From positions 32,001 to 96,000 of the forward strand of contig JAYTOU010000031.1 in the NCBI GenBank assembly GCA_043747615.1: a DNA stretch of 64,000 nt, in the 5' to 3' direction. Shown piece after piece: positions 39,016-47,911 of the stretch (positions are counted from its first letter, which is position 1; every line of letters starts with the position of its first letter). The notes beneath the pieces were generated by a model, which was not told the DNA's origin, did no database searches, and was given only the letters and a program-made list of their open reading frames with translations. Both the position numbers and the translations under genes were made by a program. Source of the stretch: Myxococcales bacterium (lineage in GTDB: Bacteria; Myxococcota_A; Polyangia; Polyangiales; Polyangiaceae).

Positions 39016-39767
39016 GGGCAATTGGCGGGCTTTCGGTGGCACTGTCGGGTTGAAGGTTGACACCATGAACCGCCGTAGCAGCCATTTGGCTGGCAGCGCG
39101 ATGTGGTGCACCCGGTGCAATCCGCGGGCACGCTCGGGGCGAGCATCGTGCACGCGGCCGCATCCCCGCCGGCCTCAGCGTCGGCGATGACGAGGACACC
39201 GCTGTCTCCCTCGCGACCGCTTGGGCCGGCGTCTGTGATGCGGACGCCCGCGTCCTCCTCCGTGGTGGCAACCGTGCCGCCTCCGTCGTCAAGTCCGAAC
39301 CCCCCGCCGCATTCGCTCTGCGGGATCGCGCGGGTAACCGGGGTCAGACTTCGAAGATAGGCGACGATGGCCGCGGCCTCTGCGTCCCCCATGCTCATGA
39401 AGTGCGGCATGGTCGGGCAGAGATGGGCACCTTGAGGGTCCACGCCCGCACGCATCGCCCTAAGGAGCGCCTCGTCACTCCACCCGCCGATGCCTGTCGC
39501 TTCGTCGGGGGTGAGGTTTCGACCGTAGGCGTGGGTGCCAGGCTGCGGCGTGGTTTGTCCGGAGAGGACGCCGTCCTCGGCGACGTCGGACTGATGACAC
39601 AGCCCGCACTTTCGCGCCTGGACGAAGCGTACGCCGTCTTGTACGCGGGACTCCCCGCTGTCACTGGCGGTGGCGGAAGACACGGGACTGCCGACGCTGC
39701 ATCCGACGAAGGGTGCAGTGAGGGCGATGGAGACGGCGAGCGGAAACCAAACGTGAGGAGCGTTCAT
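39012..39767 (-). CDS. Monoheme c-type cytochrome lipoprotein with Cys-rich tail
   Basis: Lipobox FVGC; CGLCH; NLTPD..TGIGGWS; MP; AIVAYLRSL; 8-Cys C-terminal module. Confidence 0.85.
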   Translation of the reverse strand: MNAPHVWFPLAVSIALTAPFVGCSVGSPVSSATASDSGESRVQDGVRFVQARKCGLCHQSDVAEDGVLSGQTTPQPGTHAYGRNLTPDEATGIGGWSDEALLRAMRAGVDPQGAHLCPTMPHFMSMGDAEAAAIVAYLRSLTPVTRAIPQSECGGGFGLDDGGGTVATTEEDAGVRITDAGPSGREGDSGVLVIADAEAGGDAAACTMLAPSVPADCTGCTTSRCQPNGCYGGSWCQPSTRQCHRKPANCP

Positions 39768-39780
39768 GACGGAGCCCCTC

Positions 39781-39796
39781 AGCGAAACGCGTGCCG
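39781..39796 (-). promoter_or_regulatory. Sigma-54 promoter of cytochrome c gene
   Basis: CGGCACGCGTTTCGCT (GG-N10-GC); T7 tract 39811-39817 and CCTGTCCGCG direct repeats (39838, 39858) upstream. Confidence 0.65.
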
Positions 39797-39877
39797 CTGA
39801 CCGACCTCTCTTTTTTTGGGCTATTTCGGCGACGCGACCTGTCCGCGCCAGGTTGTGCCTGTCCGCGGGACACATCG

Positions 39878-40492
39878 TTAGAGCGCGATCGTCCGCGAAG
39901 TCACTATTGCCTCTCCGGACAGGGCGACCGACAGATTTCTTACGACGCGGGCGAGATTCGCCATCAGCTCTTTTTCGGAGCTTCCCCAAGCCCAAAACGA
40001 GATCATGAGCTGGGTGCCGAGCTGCGCGTTGCCGGGGAGCGCGAGGTAGCGAACCGGGACGATCGTCGTTCCGATCATCCCCCACGCAAGGTCGGGATCG
40101 AGCGCTCCAAGGCGGTGATGGAGGCGCTCCTTGAGCGACTCGGTCGGCTGCCGCGCAACGTTCTCGGCGAGTGCGCGGTGGAGCACCATGATCCGCCCGG
40201 AGCACTGCAGGGGCTGGGCAAAGGCGGGAATGTCGTTGGCGTGCGGGCCGGTGAACGCGCAGTCGTTCGACTCGAGGGTGGACTCGCTTCCGTTGAGCCA
40301 CTCGATGAGCGTGTAGAATGCATCGATCGCCGGATAATGGCTCCAAGCGACGAAGTCCTCGAGCGACGTCCGGATTCGCGACGGCTCCGTTTTCAAATCA
40401 TAATAGCGGTAGTCCTCGCTCGCCCGGGCGTCGGTCCACGGATGGGAGCGCGGCTCGGTGAACGGGACGCCGTCGTACTCGCACGTTCTCAC
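39878..40492 (-). CDS. Hypothetical protein
   Basis: 204-aa ORF, globular composition (RSHPW, YYDLK, ESNDC), no family recognised. Confidence 0.65.
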   Translation of the reverse strand: MRTCEYDGVPFTEPRSHPWTDARASEDYRYYDLKTEPSRIRTSLEDFVAWSHYPAIDAFYTLIEWLNGSESTLESNDCAFTGPHANDIPAFAQPLQCSGRIMVLHRALAENVARQPTESLKERLHHRLGALDPDLAWGMIGTTIVPVRYLALPGNAQLGTQLMISFWAWGSSEKELMANLARVVRNLSVALSGEAIVTSRTIAL

Positions 40493-40493
40493 G

Positions 40494-41291
40494 TCATTTC
40501 GGGCATGACAGGGCGAGCGTTCGCGCCTTTGCCGTCACGGCGGTGAGCGATTTCGAGCTTCCCCAGCGCTCCCGCGATCCACGCCGACCGCGCCGCTTCG
40601 AACGCCGCCGGGGTGAGGAGCGCTGTGCCTCGCGTTTGTCCAGGTAGGCGGCGGCGATTTGACCGGCCTCCTTGATGCGCCCTGTCTCCGCGTAAGTGTC
40701 CACCAACCGCCGCGCCGCAAACGCGTGGTCATTCTCGGCCAACCGGGGCTCGGCGGCCCACTCGAGATCGCGTGCCTGCTGCTCCGCCTTCAGAAAAACG
40801 CCGATCCAGAGATCGAGATCGATCTCGTACCGGAGCTTCACGGCGTTGGGCGAGACAAGCGCGAAGTTCGGATCTGTGGCGAGGGCCGCGTCGAGGGGCG
40901 GGCCTGCCGTCGCAGGGTCGATGAGGAAGGACGCGCCCCCGAGCTGAAAAAAAAGCTCCGCGTCGTTCGGGAATTTCGCGATAGCGGCGTTGAGCCTCGC
41001 TTTCGCGTCCACCCAGGCGAAGTGATCGTCAGCGACGAGGGAGGTGAGGGTCTGGCCGACGATGAGCTCCATCGCGATGTAGGGAGTGCCGTCGAGCTCC
41101 CCGACGTCGAACACATGGACTGATGTTTCGTCGGAGAGCTCGCCCTCGCTTGGCGCGAGCAGCGTCGTCAGGGCGACCTCACGATGCAACCGGGAGTCCT
41201 GGGCGCGGTACACGCAGCCCATGCCGCCGCGACCGATGACCTCCTCGATGACGTAGCGATCGACCGTGTCTCCGGGTTTTAGCGTGAGCAA
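40494..41291 (-). pseudogene. Collapsed Ser/Thr kinase-TPR gene
   Basis: GRGGMGCVY, VALT (Lys lost), FDVGELDGTPYIAMEL; no HRD/DFG/APE; followed by TPR-like fragments. Confidence 0.75.
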
Positions 41292-41345
41292 AGCGGCTTC
41301 AAATATAGGGAAAAACCACGAGAAAAGCTCGCTCGATCCGGAGAG

Positions 41346-42080
41346 TCAACTCTGGAGAAGCCCGAATGCCAGGTTCAGCGCCAGAGCGATGATGGTCGTG
41401 TTGTAGACGAAGGAGATGAGCGCATGGAGGAGCACCCCGCGCCGAATGCGCCGGCTCGAGACGGTCACATCCGAGACCTGGAACGTCATTCCGACGGTGA
41501 ATGAAAAATAGGCGAAGTCGAGATCGCACGGTGGCGCGCGCCCCGGGAAGTCCATCCCTCCCGGCACACCCCGATGGTAGTAAAGATGCGCGTAACGCAG
41601 AGTATAGGCGGTGTGGGTGAGGGCCCACGAGAGCACCACAGCGGCCAGGGTGAGCGTCGTCCAGATCGCTGCTTCGGTCGGCGGAAAATCGCGCGTCTTG
41701 CCGAGTACGGAGGTTGCCGCAAACAGGCTCACGAGGCTCGATGCGAGGGCGATCATCCAGATCATGGCGCGCCCCGGATCGCTGGCGCCTGCGCGTCTGG
41801 CTGTTTCGGGTGCGTCGGCGCGGGCGATGATCGACCACGCGAGTGCGCAGAGAACGAGAGCGCCTACGTCCCATCCTACGATCGCGCGGAAGCGCCATAG
41901 CACGTGGCTCGGAGCGAGCAGCGCGGCGACCACACCGAGGATTGCAGACACCGCGAAACGTACGATCGCGCGACGGGGATCGAGGCGGGCGAACGCGTGA
42001 CCGCGTGACGCGAAGCGGTCCTCGAGAGCCATCCCGCGAGCGTAGGTGAGCGACGCTCGACCATCCAAGTTCACGGACAT
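41346..42080 (-). CDS. DUF1345 membrane protein
   Basis: YTLRYAHLYY, FPG, DFAYFSFTVGMTFQVSD, HALISFVYNT. Confidence 0.88.
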   Translation of the reverse strand: MSVNLDGRASLTYARGMALEDRFASRGHAFARLDPRRAIVRFAVSAILGVVAALLAPSHVLWRFRAIVGWDVGALVLCALAWSIIARADAPETARRAGASDPGRAMIWMIALASSLVSLFAATSVLGKTRDFPPTEAAIWTTLTLAAVVLSWALTHTAYTLRYAHLYYHRGVPGGMDFPGRAPPCDLDFAYFSFTVGMTFQVSDVTVSSRRIRRGVLLHALISFVYNTTIIALALNLAFGLLQS

Positions 42081-42109
42081 GCCCGCCCGCGTATATGATG
42101 CGTGTGAAC

Positions 42110-43585
42110 ATGGCGGACACTCCCCGGCGTCTCCCTCCGCGGCCCTCGCCCAACCGCGGTAAACAACCCTCGGCCCCCCCTTCTCCAGGACACGCCTATC
42201 CGCTCGGCGCGCGCGAGTCAGCGCCGGATTCTTCCGAAGTCGGGATGCGTCGCACCAACGCCACGATCCCTCTTCGACCGCTGATCGACATCGCGCAGCC
42301 GCAGATCACCTTGATCGTCGAGAGCGAAGCGGGCAGCCCGGTCTCGCGGACCCTCGTCTGCCAAGGGGACGTGTGCCGCATCGGGACGCACCCCTCGAAC
42401 GATCTGACTCTCGAGGACTCCGCGGTGTCGCGCTTTCACTGCCGCCTCGTTCTCGACACCCACGGCTGGCGGGTCGAGGACTCGGGGTCGCTGAACGGGA
42501 CGCACCTCCAGGGGCTGCGGATCCACGACGTGTCGCTTCCTTCCGAGGCAGTCCTTTCCGTGGGGCAATCGCTCGTGCGCATTCGCACCACCGACGCGCC
42601 GGCCAAGACCCTCGTTCCGATGATGCCGAGCTTCGGCGCGCTGACCGGCACCGGAAAGCCGATGCGCAAGCTCTTCGCGCTGCTCGAGAAGGTCGCGGCG
42701 AGCGACATCAACGTCTTCATTCATGGCGAGAGCGGCGTCGGAAAAGAGCTCGTAGCAGCCGAGATCGTCCAGCGCGGTGTTCGTGCCGACAAGCCGTTCG
42801 TCGTCGTGGACTGCGGCGCCATCTCGCCGACCCTCGTCGAGAGCGAGCTTTTCGGTCACGTGCGCGGCGCGTTCACCGGCGCGGACCGTGATCGCGTGGG
42901 GGCGTTCGAAGCCGCCGACGGAGGCACCGTATTTCTCGACGAGATCGGCGAGCTGCCTCTCGCCGTCCAGCCGAAGCTCCTGCGCGCGCTCGAGCAACGC
43001 GAGGTTCGTCGCGTGGGCGAGACGCATGCGCGCAAAGTGAACGTCCGCGTTCTGTCCGCGACCAACCGTGAGCTGGAGCGCGAGGTAAACAAGGGAAGCT
43101 TCCGAGGAGATCTCTATTTTCGGCTGGCGGTGATCGGCGTGCGCGTCCCGTCGCTGCGTGAGCGGATCGAAGATCTCCCTCACCTGATTCGCGCGTTCCT
43201 TTCCGCCGCCAACGCCTCCGAGAACGAGCATCTCTTTCCGACGGACATCATCGAGGAGCTTGCGAAACACGAGTGGCCAGGCAACGTGCGGGAGCTACGT
43301 AACTACGTCGAACGCAGCATCGTCCTGCAAACCGCGAGGCTCCCCACGGCGCCGTCGTCGATGGTCCCTCCGGCTCTCAGCTCCGAGCCTCCGCGAAGCG
43401 ACGCCGTCGACGTGCGGATCCCCTTCAAGGTCGCCAAAGACGCGCTGATCGACACCTTCGAACGGGCGTACGTGCGGGCGGTCATCGATGCATGCGGAGG
43501 CAACATGACGAAGGCCGCGCGCATGGCAGGCATCGACCGCATGTACCTTCACCGCATCGTGCAGAAGCACACCAATCGCTCGTAG
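42110..43585 (+). CDS. FHA-domain sigma-54 dependent activator
   Basis: FHA IGT..ND...VSRFH...[35 protein letters not shown]. Start approximate. Confidence 0.93.
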   Translation: MADTPRRLPPRPSPNRGKQPSAPPSPGHAYPLGARESAPDSSEVGMRRTNATIPLRPLIDIAQPQITLIVESEAGSPVSRTLVCQGDVCRIGTHPSNDLTLEDSAVSRFHCRLVLDTHGWRVEDSGSLNGTHLQGLRIHDVSLPSEAVLSVGQSLVRIRTTDAPAKTLVPMMPSFGALTGTGKPMRKLFALLEKVAASDINVFIHGESGVGKELVAAEIVQRGVRADKPFVVVDCGAISPTLVESELFGHVRGAFTGADRDRVGAFEAADGGTVFLDEIGELPLAVQPKLLRALEQREVRRVGETHARKVNVRVLSATNRELEREVNKGSFRGDLYFRLAVIGVRVPSLRERIEDLPHLIRAFLSAANASENEHLFPTDIIEELAKHEWPGNVRELRNYVERSIVLQTARLPTAPSSMVPPALSSEPPRSDAVDVRIPFKVAKDALIDTFERAYVRAVIDACGGNMTKAARMAGIDRMYLHRIVQKHTNRS

Positions 43586-43639
43586 GCGTGCGCGTAGCCG
43601 GCGCGGCAACTGCGTTGGAAGAGCGGCCGGCCGAGCTCC

Positions 43640-44464
43640 CTAGGTGCCGTTGCCGTCGTCGGCGTCGGCGCAGCAGCGGAAGCCGGTGGAGTAATCGTAG
43701 TAGACGGGAGAGTGGGCGGTCGTGCGGTACTCGCAGCCTTCACCATTGATCGTCGTGTCGAGGTAGTACCCGCCGCGGAAGCTCCCGTCGTCGGTCCACT
43801 CGTGCACGTTGCCGACCATGTCGTGAACGCCGAAGCCGTTGGTGCACGCCGCGCTCGAGCCGGTGGCCTCGAGGGTGTTGTCCTGCTGGTTGGCGAGCGG
43901 GTCGTTCATGGTGCGTGCGCTGTGCTCGCCTTGGTGAAGGACGGTCATCGGCGCGGTGCGGTTGGTGTCGACGCAGGCGCCGTCGACGCGCGCGTTGCCG
44001 TACGGGTAGCGCGTTGCCTCGGGACCTTTACACGCCGTCTTCCACTCCTGCGCGCGGCAGAGTCGTTTTCCGGAGGCCTTGCACGCGCTCTTCGCTTCGA
44101 CCATCGAGATGTGCGCCTGGGGAACGACGCTGGCCTGCGACACCGCGCGGACACGGTGGCCGTTCGGCGGCTCGTACGGGCTGAAGGCGGCCTCGGTGCC
44201 GTCGGTCGCGATCTCGACGAGCGACGCTTCGTATTTGTCGACGCAGCTCGAACCGACGCGCGCCATGCCGGTCGGGCATCCGACGCTCGGTGTGCCGTCC
44301 AGCTCGATTACCGGGGCGACCACCGCCGCCATCACCGGGGCAACCGGCGACGGGATGAACGAGGACAGCGACGCGGAGCTCATCGTCGGAAGCGCCATGA
44401 CGAGGCCGATGAAGACCGCGGATCGTGCGACGCGGGCTCGGAACGAAGTGGGGTTGATCGCCAT
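43640..44464 (-). CDS. Secreted FGE-sulfatase (SUMF1)-domain protein
   Basis: CPTGM..CVDKYE, GKRLC..EW, YPYG, FGVHDMVGNVHEW, RGG, GFRCC. Confidence 0.85.
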   Translation of the reverse strand: MAINPTSFRARVARSAVFIGLVMALPTMSSASLSSFIPSPVAPVMAAVVAPVIELDGTPSVGCPTGMARVGSSCVDKYEASLVEIATDGTEAAFSPYEPPNGHRVRAVSQASVVPQAHISMVEAKSACKASGKRLCRAQEWKTACKGPEATRYPYGNARVDGACVDTNRTAPMTVLHQGEHSARTMNDPLANQQDNTLEATGSSAACTNGFGVHDMVGNVHEWTDDGSFRGGYYLDTTINGEGCEYRTTAHSPVYYDYSTGFRCCADADDGNGT

Positions 44465-44480
44465 GGTAGCGAGGCCTGTA

Positions 44481-44577
44481 TCCACAATGGGTGCCAGGTC
44501 CGTTACTCTTTGATTTCAATAGGTTACCTTGTCTGCAAAGGAGGACGAGAGTCCTCGCACAGAGGACTCGGGTCCTC
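44481..44577 (-). promoter_or_regulatory. Sigma-54-like promoter, IHF-like site and tandem palindromic enhancer
   Basis: TGGCACCCATTGTGGA 44496-44481 (non-canonical GG at -12); TTTCAATAGGTTA 44514-44526; GAGGAC-N4-GTCCTC at 44541 and 44562. Confidence 0.6.
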
Positions 44578-44757
44578 TGTGCTCTCGGTGTGCACCCTGC
44601 GGCGCCTACGGGATGAAGCGGATCTGCGACGACGAGCTGATCGAGAAGATGGTGCTGCACGAGTGCTGGCTCGAGCTGGCGGCCATGCTGTCCTCGAGGC
44701 CGACGAGGGCCGAGGCGCGATGCCCGACGCGATCCGTCCTTCGTCGAGGAACATCAG

Positions 44758-45225
44758 TCATCCGCAGGCGCAGCTCACATCGCGCGTGCCGGGCGCCGGA
44801 GGCCCGCACATGTCGTTCGTCGGTGAGCAGTACGGAGCCGGAGGTGTGCACGGATCGGGCATGCATCCGGGCCCCGGAGCAACGAGGCCGCAGCTCGCTC
44901 GATAGCTGGTTCCGGTCGGGCAGGTGCCGCCGTCCATCAAAGGCAAGCACGCGGGAGGCGCGCCACCGCAGCACGGATGGACGCAATAGTCCGTCCCCGG
45001 GCAGACGGCCGTTCCGCAGGCGAACGAGGCGCCGTCGTGAGTGGCACTGTCGTCGCTGCTCGCCTCGTGGAGGGCTGAATCCCCTGCGGACGAGTCCGCC
45101 GCTCTGCCGTCGGTGCCTCCGCCGTCTGCGTTTCCGGAGTCCGCGTCGGTCGAGATTTCAGAGACCGACCCCCCGCATCCGATGGCAAGTCCGCCGAGCA
45201 CGAAAAACAGAATCTTGGCAATCAT
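44758..45225 (-). CDS. Small Cys-rich lipoprotein
   Basis: Lipobox AIGC; acidic D-[AGS] linker; Cys/Pro-rich C-terminus. Confidence 0.75.
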   Translation of the reverse strand: MIAKILFFVLGGLAIGCGGSVSEISTDADSGNADGGGTDGRAADSSAGDSALHEASSDDSATHDGASFACGTAVCPGTDYCVHPCCGGAPPACLPLMDGGTCPTGTSYRASCGLVAPGPGCMPDPCTPPAPYCSPTNDMCGPPAPGTRDVSCACG

Positions 45226-45237
45226 GGTGGCGTAACG

Positions 45238-45253
45238 AGCAAGTCTCAAGCCG
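45238..45253 (-). promoter_or_regulatory. Sigma-54 promoter of Cys-rich lipoprotein
   Basis: CGGCTTGAGACTTGCT (GG-N10-GC, TTGC); GC is 13 nt before ATG. Confidence 0.55.
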
Positions 45254-45401
45254 CCGCCGCCATCCCTGAAATTGCGAAGAAACCGCACTGCCTTGCCGTC
45301 CCTGGTGTCGCGGTCGGCACAGGGTGACTCACTCCGCGCCCATGAATCGGCTTGTTCTACGCGCCTCGCGTTCGGCTCACGACTTGCGTAGCGTTCTCCG
45401 A

Positions 45402-46406
45402 ATGCGCCCCCATCGATCGTCCTCGGTTCTCTTCCTCGCAGTCATCACCAGCGGGTGCTCGGGCAAGATCGCTCCTGACGCTGCTGCGGGGTCGGACGCC
45501 TCCGCGCCGAGCGATAGCGGGCTGGGAACGCGGCCCGCCGAATGCCCGGCTGCGCTGCCCCAGCAGCAGACCGCGTGCACGAAGAACGAACTCCTCTGCG
45601 AATACGGCGACGACTACAATCCTCGCTGCAACACGGTCGTCGTGTGCTCGTCCGGAAGGTGGGCGTCGCCTATCTTCTTCGGAGGGTCGGGGAAATGTCC
45701 CTCACAGCCACCCACGATTCCGCCGAACCCCTCGGACTGCGCAGCGTCCGCCAACGCCGTTCCCGCAGGCGCTTGCTCCAGCTCGAGCACGTGCAAATAC
45801 GACGGCGCGACCTGCACGTGTGGAGTCCATTGTTCGAACTACCCCATTCGTCAGCGCGACTGCGATCCGGATGCGGGCCTCACGACGTCTTGTTGCGACA
45901 CGAGCAAGGTGACGTGGGAATGCTTCAGCGGGCCGCACTACTGCACCCTACCGAGGCCACGGATCGGAGCTGCATGCACGAATGAAGGAGATTCATGCGC
46001 GCTCGACGCCCCCGCCGAGTGCGGCCAGACCGTCGTCGAATGCCGCACGGGCGTGTGGAATCTGACGAACTCTTCGTGTTCGGCCTCGAGCGCGAGCGTG
46101 AAGCGCGACATTACCTACGTCGACCAAGACGAAGCGGAGCGCCTGCGCGACGAGCTCTTGAGCGTGCGGCTCGCGACCTACCGCTACAAAGTCGGCGACG
46201 AGTCGGCGCACCTCGGCTTCATCATCGAGGACATGCCGCGCGGCAGTCCGGCGGTTCTCGCCTCCCGCGACCGCGTCGATCTTTACGGATACGTGAGCAT
46301 GACGGTGGCCACCGTGCAGAAGCAGCAGAAGGAGCTGGATCTCCTCAAGCGAGAGGTGGAACGCCTGGCGAAAGAGAACGCGTCGATGAAACGGCGAGCG
46401 CCCTGA
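45402..46406 (+). CDS. Cys-rich lipoprotein with C-terminal peptidase S74 chaperone domain
   Basis: Lipobox TSGC; three Cys-rich modules; SSASVKRDI...TYRYK...HLGFIIED...VDLY, then coiled coil. Confidence 0.8.
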   Translation: MRPHRSSSVLFLAVITSGCSGKIAPDAAAGSDASAPSDSGLGTRPAECPAALPQQQTACTKNELLCEYGDDYNPRCNTVVVCSSGRWASPIFFGGSGKCPSQPPTIPPNPSDCAASANAVPAGACSSSSTCKYDGATCTCGVHCSNYPIRQRDCDPDAGLTTSCCDTSKVTWECFSGPHYCTLPRPRIGAACTNEGDSCALDAPAECGQTVVECRTGVWNLTNSSCSASSASVKRDITYVDQDEAERLRDELLSVRLATYRYKVGDESAHLGFIIEDMPRGSPAVLASRDRVDLYGYVSMTVATVQKQQKELDLLKREVERLAKENASMKRRAP

Positions 46407-46489
46407 TCGTCAGTCGCAGTCGCAGCTCTGGCAGGTACGGATCGAGCTCGAAAAAGCGCGTGTCCGCCGTCAGAGTAAAGCGCGTGCGG

Positions 46490-47149
46490 TCAGATCGGGC
46501 TCCGCGCGCGCGTCCGTCCGACGAGCCACACGCTCGAGGCGACCACCACGATGCCGACGCCGAGGCCGAGCCACGCTTCGGTAGGCGCGCTCTTCAGCAT
46601 GTCGAAGAGTCGCTGCCCGAAGTAGCTCATCACGAAAAGCGGCAGCACGTACCCCGCGAGAGATCCCCAAAAATGGGTCCAGAAGCGAACCTGCGAGATG
46701 CCGAAAAAAGCGTGAAGAAGGGGCGGCATCCAGAACACGAGCCGCAGTACGAACACCGTGGTGAACGCGCGCCGTGCGAGCGCGTCATCGTACTTTCGAA
46801 ATCGCTCGGGCACTCTCGCCGAGACCCAATCACGCGCCACGAACCGCGCGAAGGAGAACCCCACGACGCTCGCGGCCATGGTCCCCGTCATCGATAGAGC
46901 AAAGGCAACCGGCCACGGCCAGATCAACGCCGCGGCCATGACGAACACCGTTCCAGGAATGCCGAAAGGCTGGAGCACCGCGTAAGCCACGATGAAGGCC
47001 ACGTAGCCCCAGGCGCCAAGCTCGACGAGCGTCTTCGAAACGCGCGCCGGCTCCGCGAACTCATGGAGGACGCCCAGGCGCTCGGCGACCACGAGAAGCG
47101 CGACCACTGCGAGGACGGCCGCGATCTTCGCGTTGCGTTGGCTGTTCAC
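46490..47149 (-). CDS. TVP38/TMEM64 (DedA/VTT) membrane protein
   Basis: FGIPGT, FSFARFVAR, FVLRLV..P, FWGSLAG. Confidence 0.88.
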   Translation of the reverse strand: MNSQRNAKIAAVLAVVALLVVAERLGVLHEFAEPARVSKTLVELGAWGYVAFIVAYAVLQPFGIPGTVFVMAAALIWPWPVAFALSMTGTMAASVVGFSFARFVARDWVSARVPERFRKYDDALARRAFTTVFVLRLVFWMPPLLHAFFGISQVRFWTHFWGSLAGYVLPLFVMSYFGQRLFDMLKSAPTEAWLGLGVGIVVVASSVWLVGRTRARSPI

Positions 47150-47164
47150 GGTTGAGCGCTCATT

Positions 47165-47911
47165 TCACGCAATCCCGAGCAGATCCAGGATCGCGGCCAC
47201 GAACGTCAACGGGTGAGGGGGGCAACCCGGTACGTAGAGCGCCGGGCCGACCTCTGCGAGGAAGGATCGATCCACCGTGGAGGCGTCCGCGAAGAGCCCA
47301 CCCGAGATCGCGCAGGAGCCGACGGCAACGATGAAGCGCGGATCGGGCATCGCATCCCACGCTAGACGCACGGCCTCGGCCATGTTTTTCGTGAGTGGCC
47401 CGGTTAGGACGAGAGCGTCGGCGTGGCGAGGCGAGGCTACCCACTCGATGCCGAATCGCTGAAGATCGAAGTTCACGTTCGCGAGCGCGTTCAGCTCTTG
47501 CTCGCAGCCGTTGCAGCCTCCCGCCGAGACTTGGCGCATTCGCAGAGAGCGACCGAACATGCTCTTTAGAGCGTCGGATACGACGACCGGAGCGGGTGGC
47601 GCTCTTCCTTCGCTCACCACGAGCTCCTCGAGGTTGCGACCGCCCATGCGCGTTTCTGGGGTGAACACGATCTTCTTCTCGGGGCACCCGAGCGCGCATT
47701 CATTGCAGAATACACATTTGCCCAGATCGATTCTCACGGGGTCGAGCGTGATGGCGTTTGTCGGGCAAACGTCGATGCACGCGCGGCAGCCAGCCGGGCA
47801 GGGTGCGTCGCTGATCTCTGGTCGACCGCGAAAGCTGTCCGGCACCGCCTTTCGGAGATCCGTGATGAACTGGCTACCCTGGGACATTCGAACGCGGATC
47901 GTTTTGAGCAT
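47165..47911 (-). CDS. hyfI: Ehr/Hyf small subunit (NuoB-like) fused to 2[4Fe-4S] ferredoxin
   Basis: CPAGCRACIDVCP, CVFCNECALGCP, GGCNGCE, SPRHAD, GSCA, PGCPP. Confidence 0.88.
   Translation of the reverse strand: MLKTIRVRMSQGSQFITDLRKAVPDSFRGRPEISDAPCPAGCRACIDVCPTNAITLDPVRIDLGKCVFCNECALGCPEKKIVFTPETRMGGRNLEELVVSEGRAPPAPVVVSDALKSMFGRSLRMRQVSAGGCNGCEQELNALANVNFDLQRFGIEWVASPRHADALVLTGPLTKNMAEAVRLAWDAMPDPRFIVAVGSCAISGGLFADASTVDRSFLAEVGPALYVPGCPPHPLTFVAAILDLLGIA

Noticed and set aside
39012..39150. Second heme site in cytochrome tail
   Set aside because: CTGCT and RQCH do not form CxxCH.
36037..39153. 1038-aa ORF as one giant protein
   Set aside because: The upstream 600 codons are antisense to kynA or out of frame over the CDO gene; the real gene starts at 37326.
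44613..44757. Coding-like stretch MKRICDDELIEKMVLHECWLELAAML
   Set aside because: May be another gene remnant, but I cannot assign a family or boundaries.
45402..46406. Prophage tail-fibre gene
   Set aside because: Has a lipoprotein signal and host-type Cys modules; no other phage genes nearby.
46453..46486. AAAGCGCGTG direct repeat
   Set aside because: Two short copies between convergent genes with no supporting context.
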